Shown: in pieces, positions 63,444 through 64,000 of the stretch | Numbering within the stretch: the stretch's first letter is position 1 | How the letters are laid out: each line of letters starts with the position of its first letter | Source of the DNA: Candidatus Sumerlaeota bacterium | GTDB lineage: Bacteria > Sumerlaeota > Sumerlaeia > SLMS01 | Direction of reading: 5' to 3' | Assembly (NCBI GenBank): GCA_020848155.1 | Contig: JADLAR010000017.1 | Location: forward strand, 6,554 to 70,553 | DNA length: 64,000 nt | The notes under the pieces: generated by a model | Database searches by the model: none | The model's input: the letters and a program-made list of their open reading frames with translations, nothing else | Told to the model about the DNA's origin: nothing | Translations under genes and position numbers: made by a program

Positions 63444-64000
63444 GCTTTGCTTGTGCGCCGGCGCGGCCCTCCTCGGAGTGATCACCGCGGGAAGATTGTG
63501 GGTCATCTGGTTCGGCGCCCCGACGTCGTTCCTGGCGTCACTGCCTGACGATGCGTGGTATTACTTCAGCATTGCATGCCACATCGCGAGCGGCGCGGGA
63601 TCAACATTCGACGGCGTCCATCCGACGAACGGCTATCACCCGCTGTGGATGATGGTACTTTCCACCCTGCGATTGCTGGCGGGCGACATGGAGATGATGC
63701 GTTTCGCGCGCCTGGCAACGACGATGCAACTTTGCATGGGAGTGGGCGCAGCAGTCCTTCACTCCGCGCTTTGTCACCGGGTTCTCAAGTCGGGGGCACT
63801 TGCGGGCGTGATGCTGGCGATGCACGCGACGCCGTTCGTGGTGTATGGAATGACGGATGGGATGGAGAGTGGCCTCGTGCAACTCATGATCGCGCTGCTG
63901 TTCTGGACGGCGCATGGCTTTCGCGCGTTCACGGAGGCGGCATCCACGCGCACGCTGGCATTCGGTTCGGTCGTTTCAATGGCAGTGCTGGCGCGGCTGG
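63427..64000 (+). CDS. Polytopic membrane protein, N-terminal fragment (possible GT-C/PMT_2-like); continues past the window end
   Basis: The ATG at 63427 overlaps the upstream gene end by 17 bp. Translation reads MQNRDRLCLCAGAALLGVITAGRLWVIWFGAPTSFLASLPDDAWYYFSIACHIASGAGSTFDGVHPTNGYHPLWMM... Codon usage is consistent with coding and there is no stop within the window. Confidence 0.4.
   Translation, partial: MQNRDRLCLCAGAALLGVITAGRLWVIWFGAPTSFLASLPDDAWYYFSIACHIASGAGSTFDGVHPTNGYHPLWMMVLSTLRLLAGDMEMMRFARLATTMQLCMGVGAAVLHSALCHRVLKSGALAGVMLAMHATPFVVYGMTDGMESGLVQLMIALLFWTAHGFRAFTEAASTRTLAFGSVVSMAVLARL

Noticed and set aside
63601-63915. 104-aa minus-strand ORF near the window end
   Set aside because: It is antisense to the partial membrane-protein gene starting at 63427 and is His/Arg-rich junk.

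Overview
High-GC (~60-62%) bacterial chromosomal segment from a diderm organism (BamA present), densely coding on both strands. In window order it contains the following.

(1) A minus-strand SRP/ribosomal operon, ylxM-ffh-rpsP-KH-rimM. A UbiA-family prenyltransferase is translationally coupled to rimM where trmD usually sits. A partial Gfo/Idh/MocA oxidoreductase follows at the window edge.

(2) A ~12 kb plus-strand run of overlapping genes: htrA, then a complete Bat aerotolerance-type operon (moxR, DUF58, a membrane protein, batA, batB, batC, batD, batE), then udk, lspA and a DUF2905 gene.

(3) A 917-aa hypothetical protein with a ~230-aa Pro/Gly/Ser-rich tail, divergent from a gene encoding a degenerate LMW-PTP-like domain fused to a J-domain.

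(4) A tight five-gene operon: KamA-family radical-SAM aminomutase, 3-oxoacid CoA-transferase A and B, a HemL-like class-III aminotransferase, and a thiolase.

(5) A ~2.1 kb cassette carrying a DUF4411 (PIN-like) gene and an XRE-HTH + ImmA/IrrE metallopeptidase gene. It is bracketed by ~60-75 bp imperfect inverted repeats and lies between the aminomutase operon and bamA.

(6) bamA, an MOP-type flippase, an SSF symporter, and an 1117-aa secreted protein with a GH18-like domain, a lamin-tail domain and a Pro/Ser linker.

(7) A hydrolase cluster: lipoprotein, beta-lactamase-family serine hydrolase, esterase-SGNH fusion. Then a membrane protein, an FAD-dependent oxidoreductase, and housekeeping genes (NUDIX, prmC, folP, rpmF-plsX, moaA, a PAS histidine kinase, cstA, ispG).

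(8) DUF2851 plus GT-C-like polytopic membrane glycosyltransferase candidates.

No rRNA, confident tRNA or CRISPR array was seen. Many long antisense ORFs in the six-frame track are artefacts of the high GC content. All assignments rest on reading the translated ORFs by eye; no database search was run.
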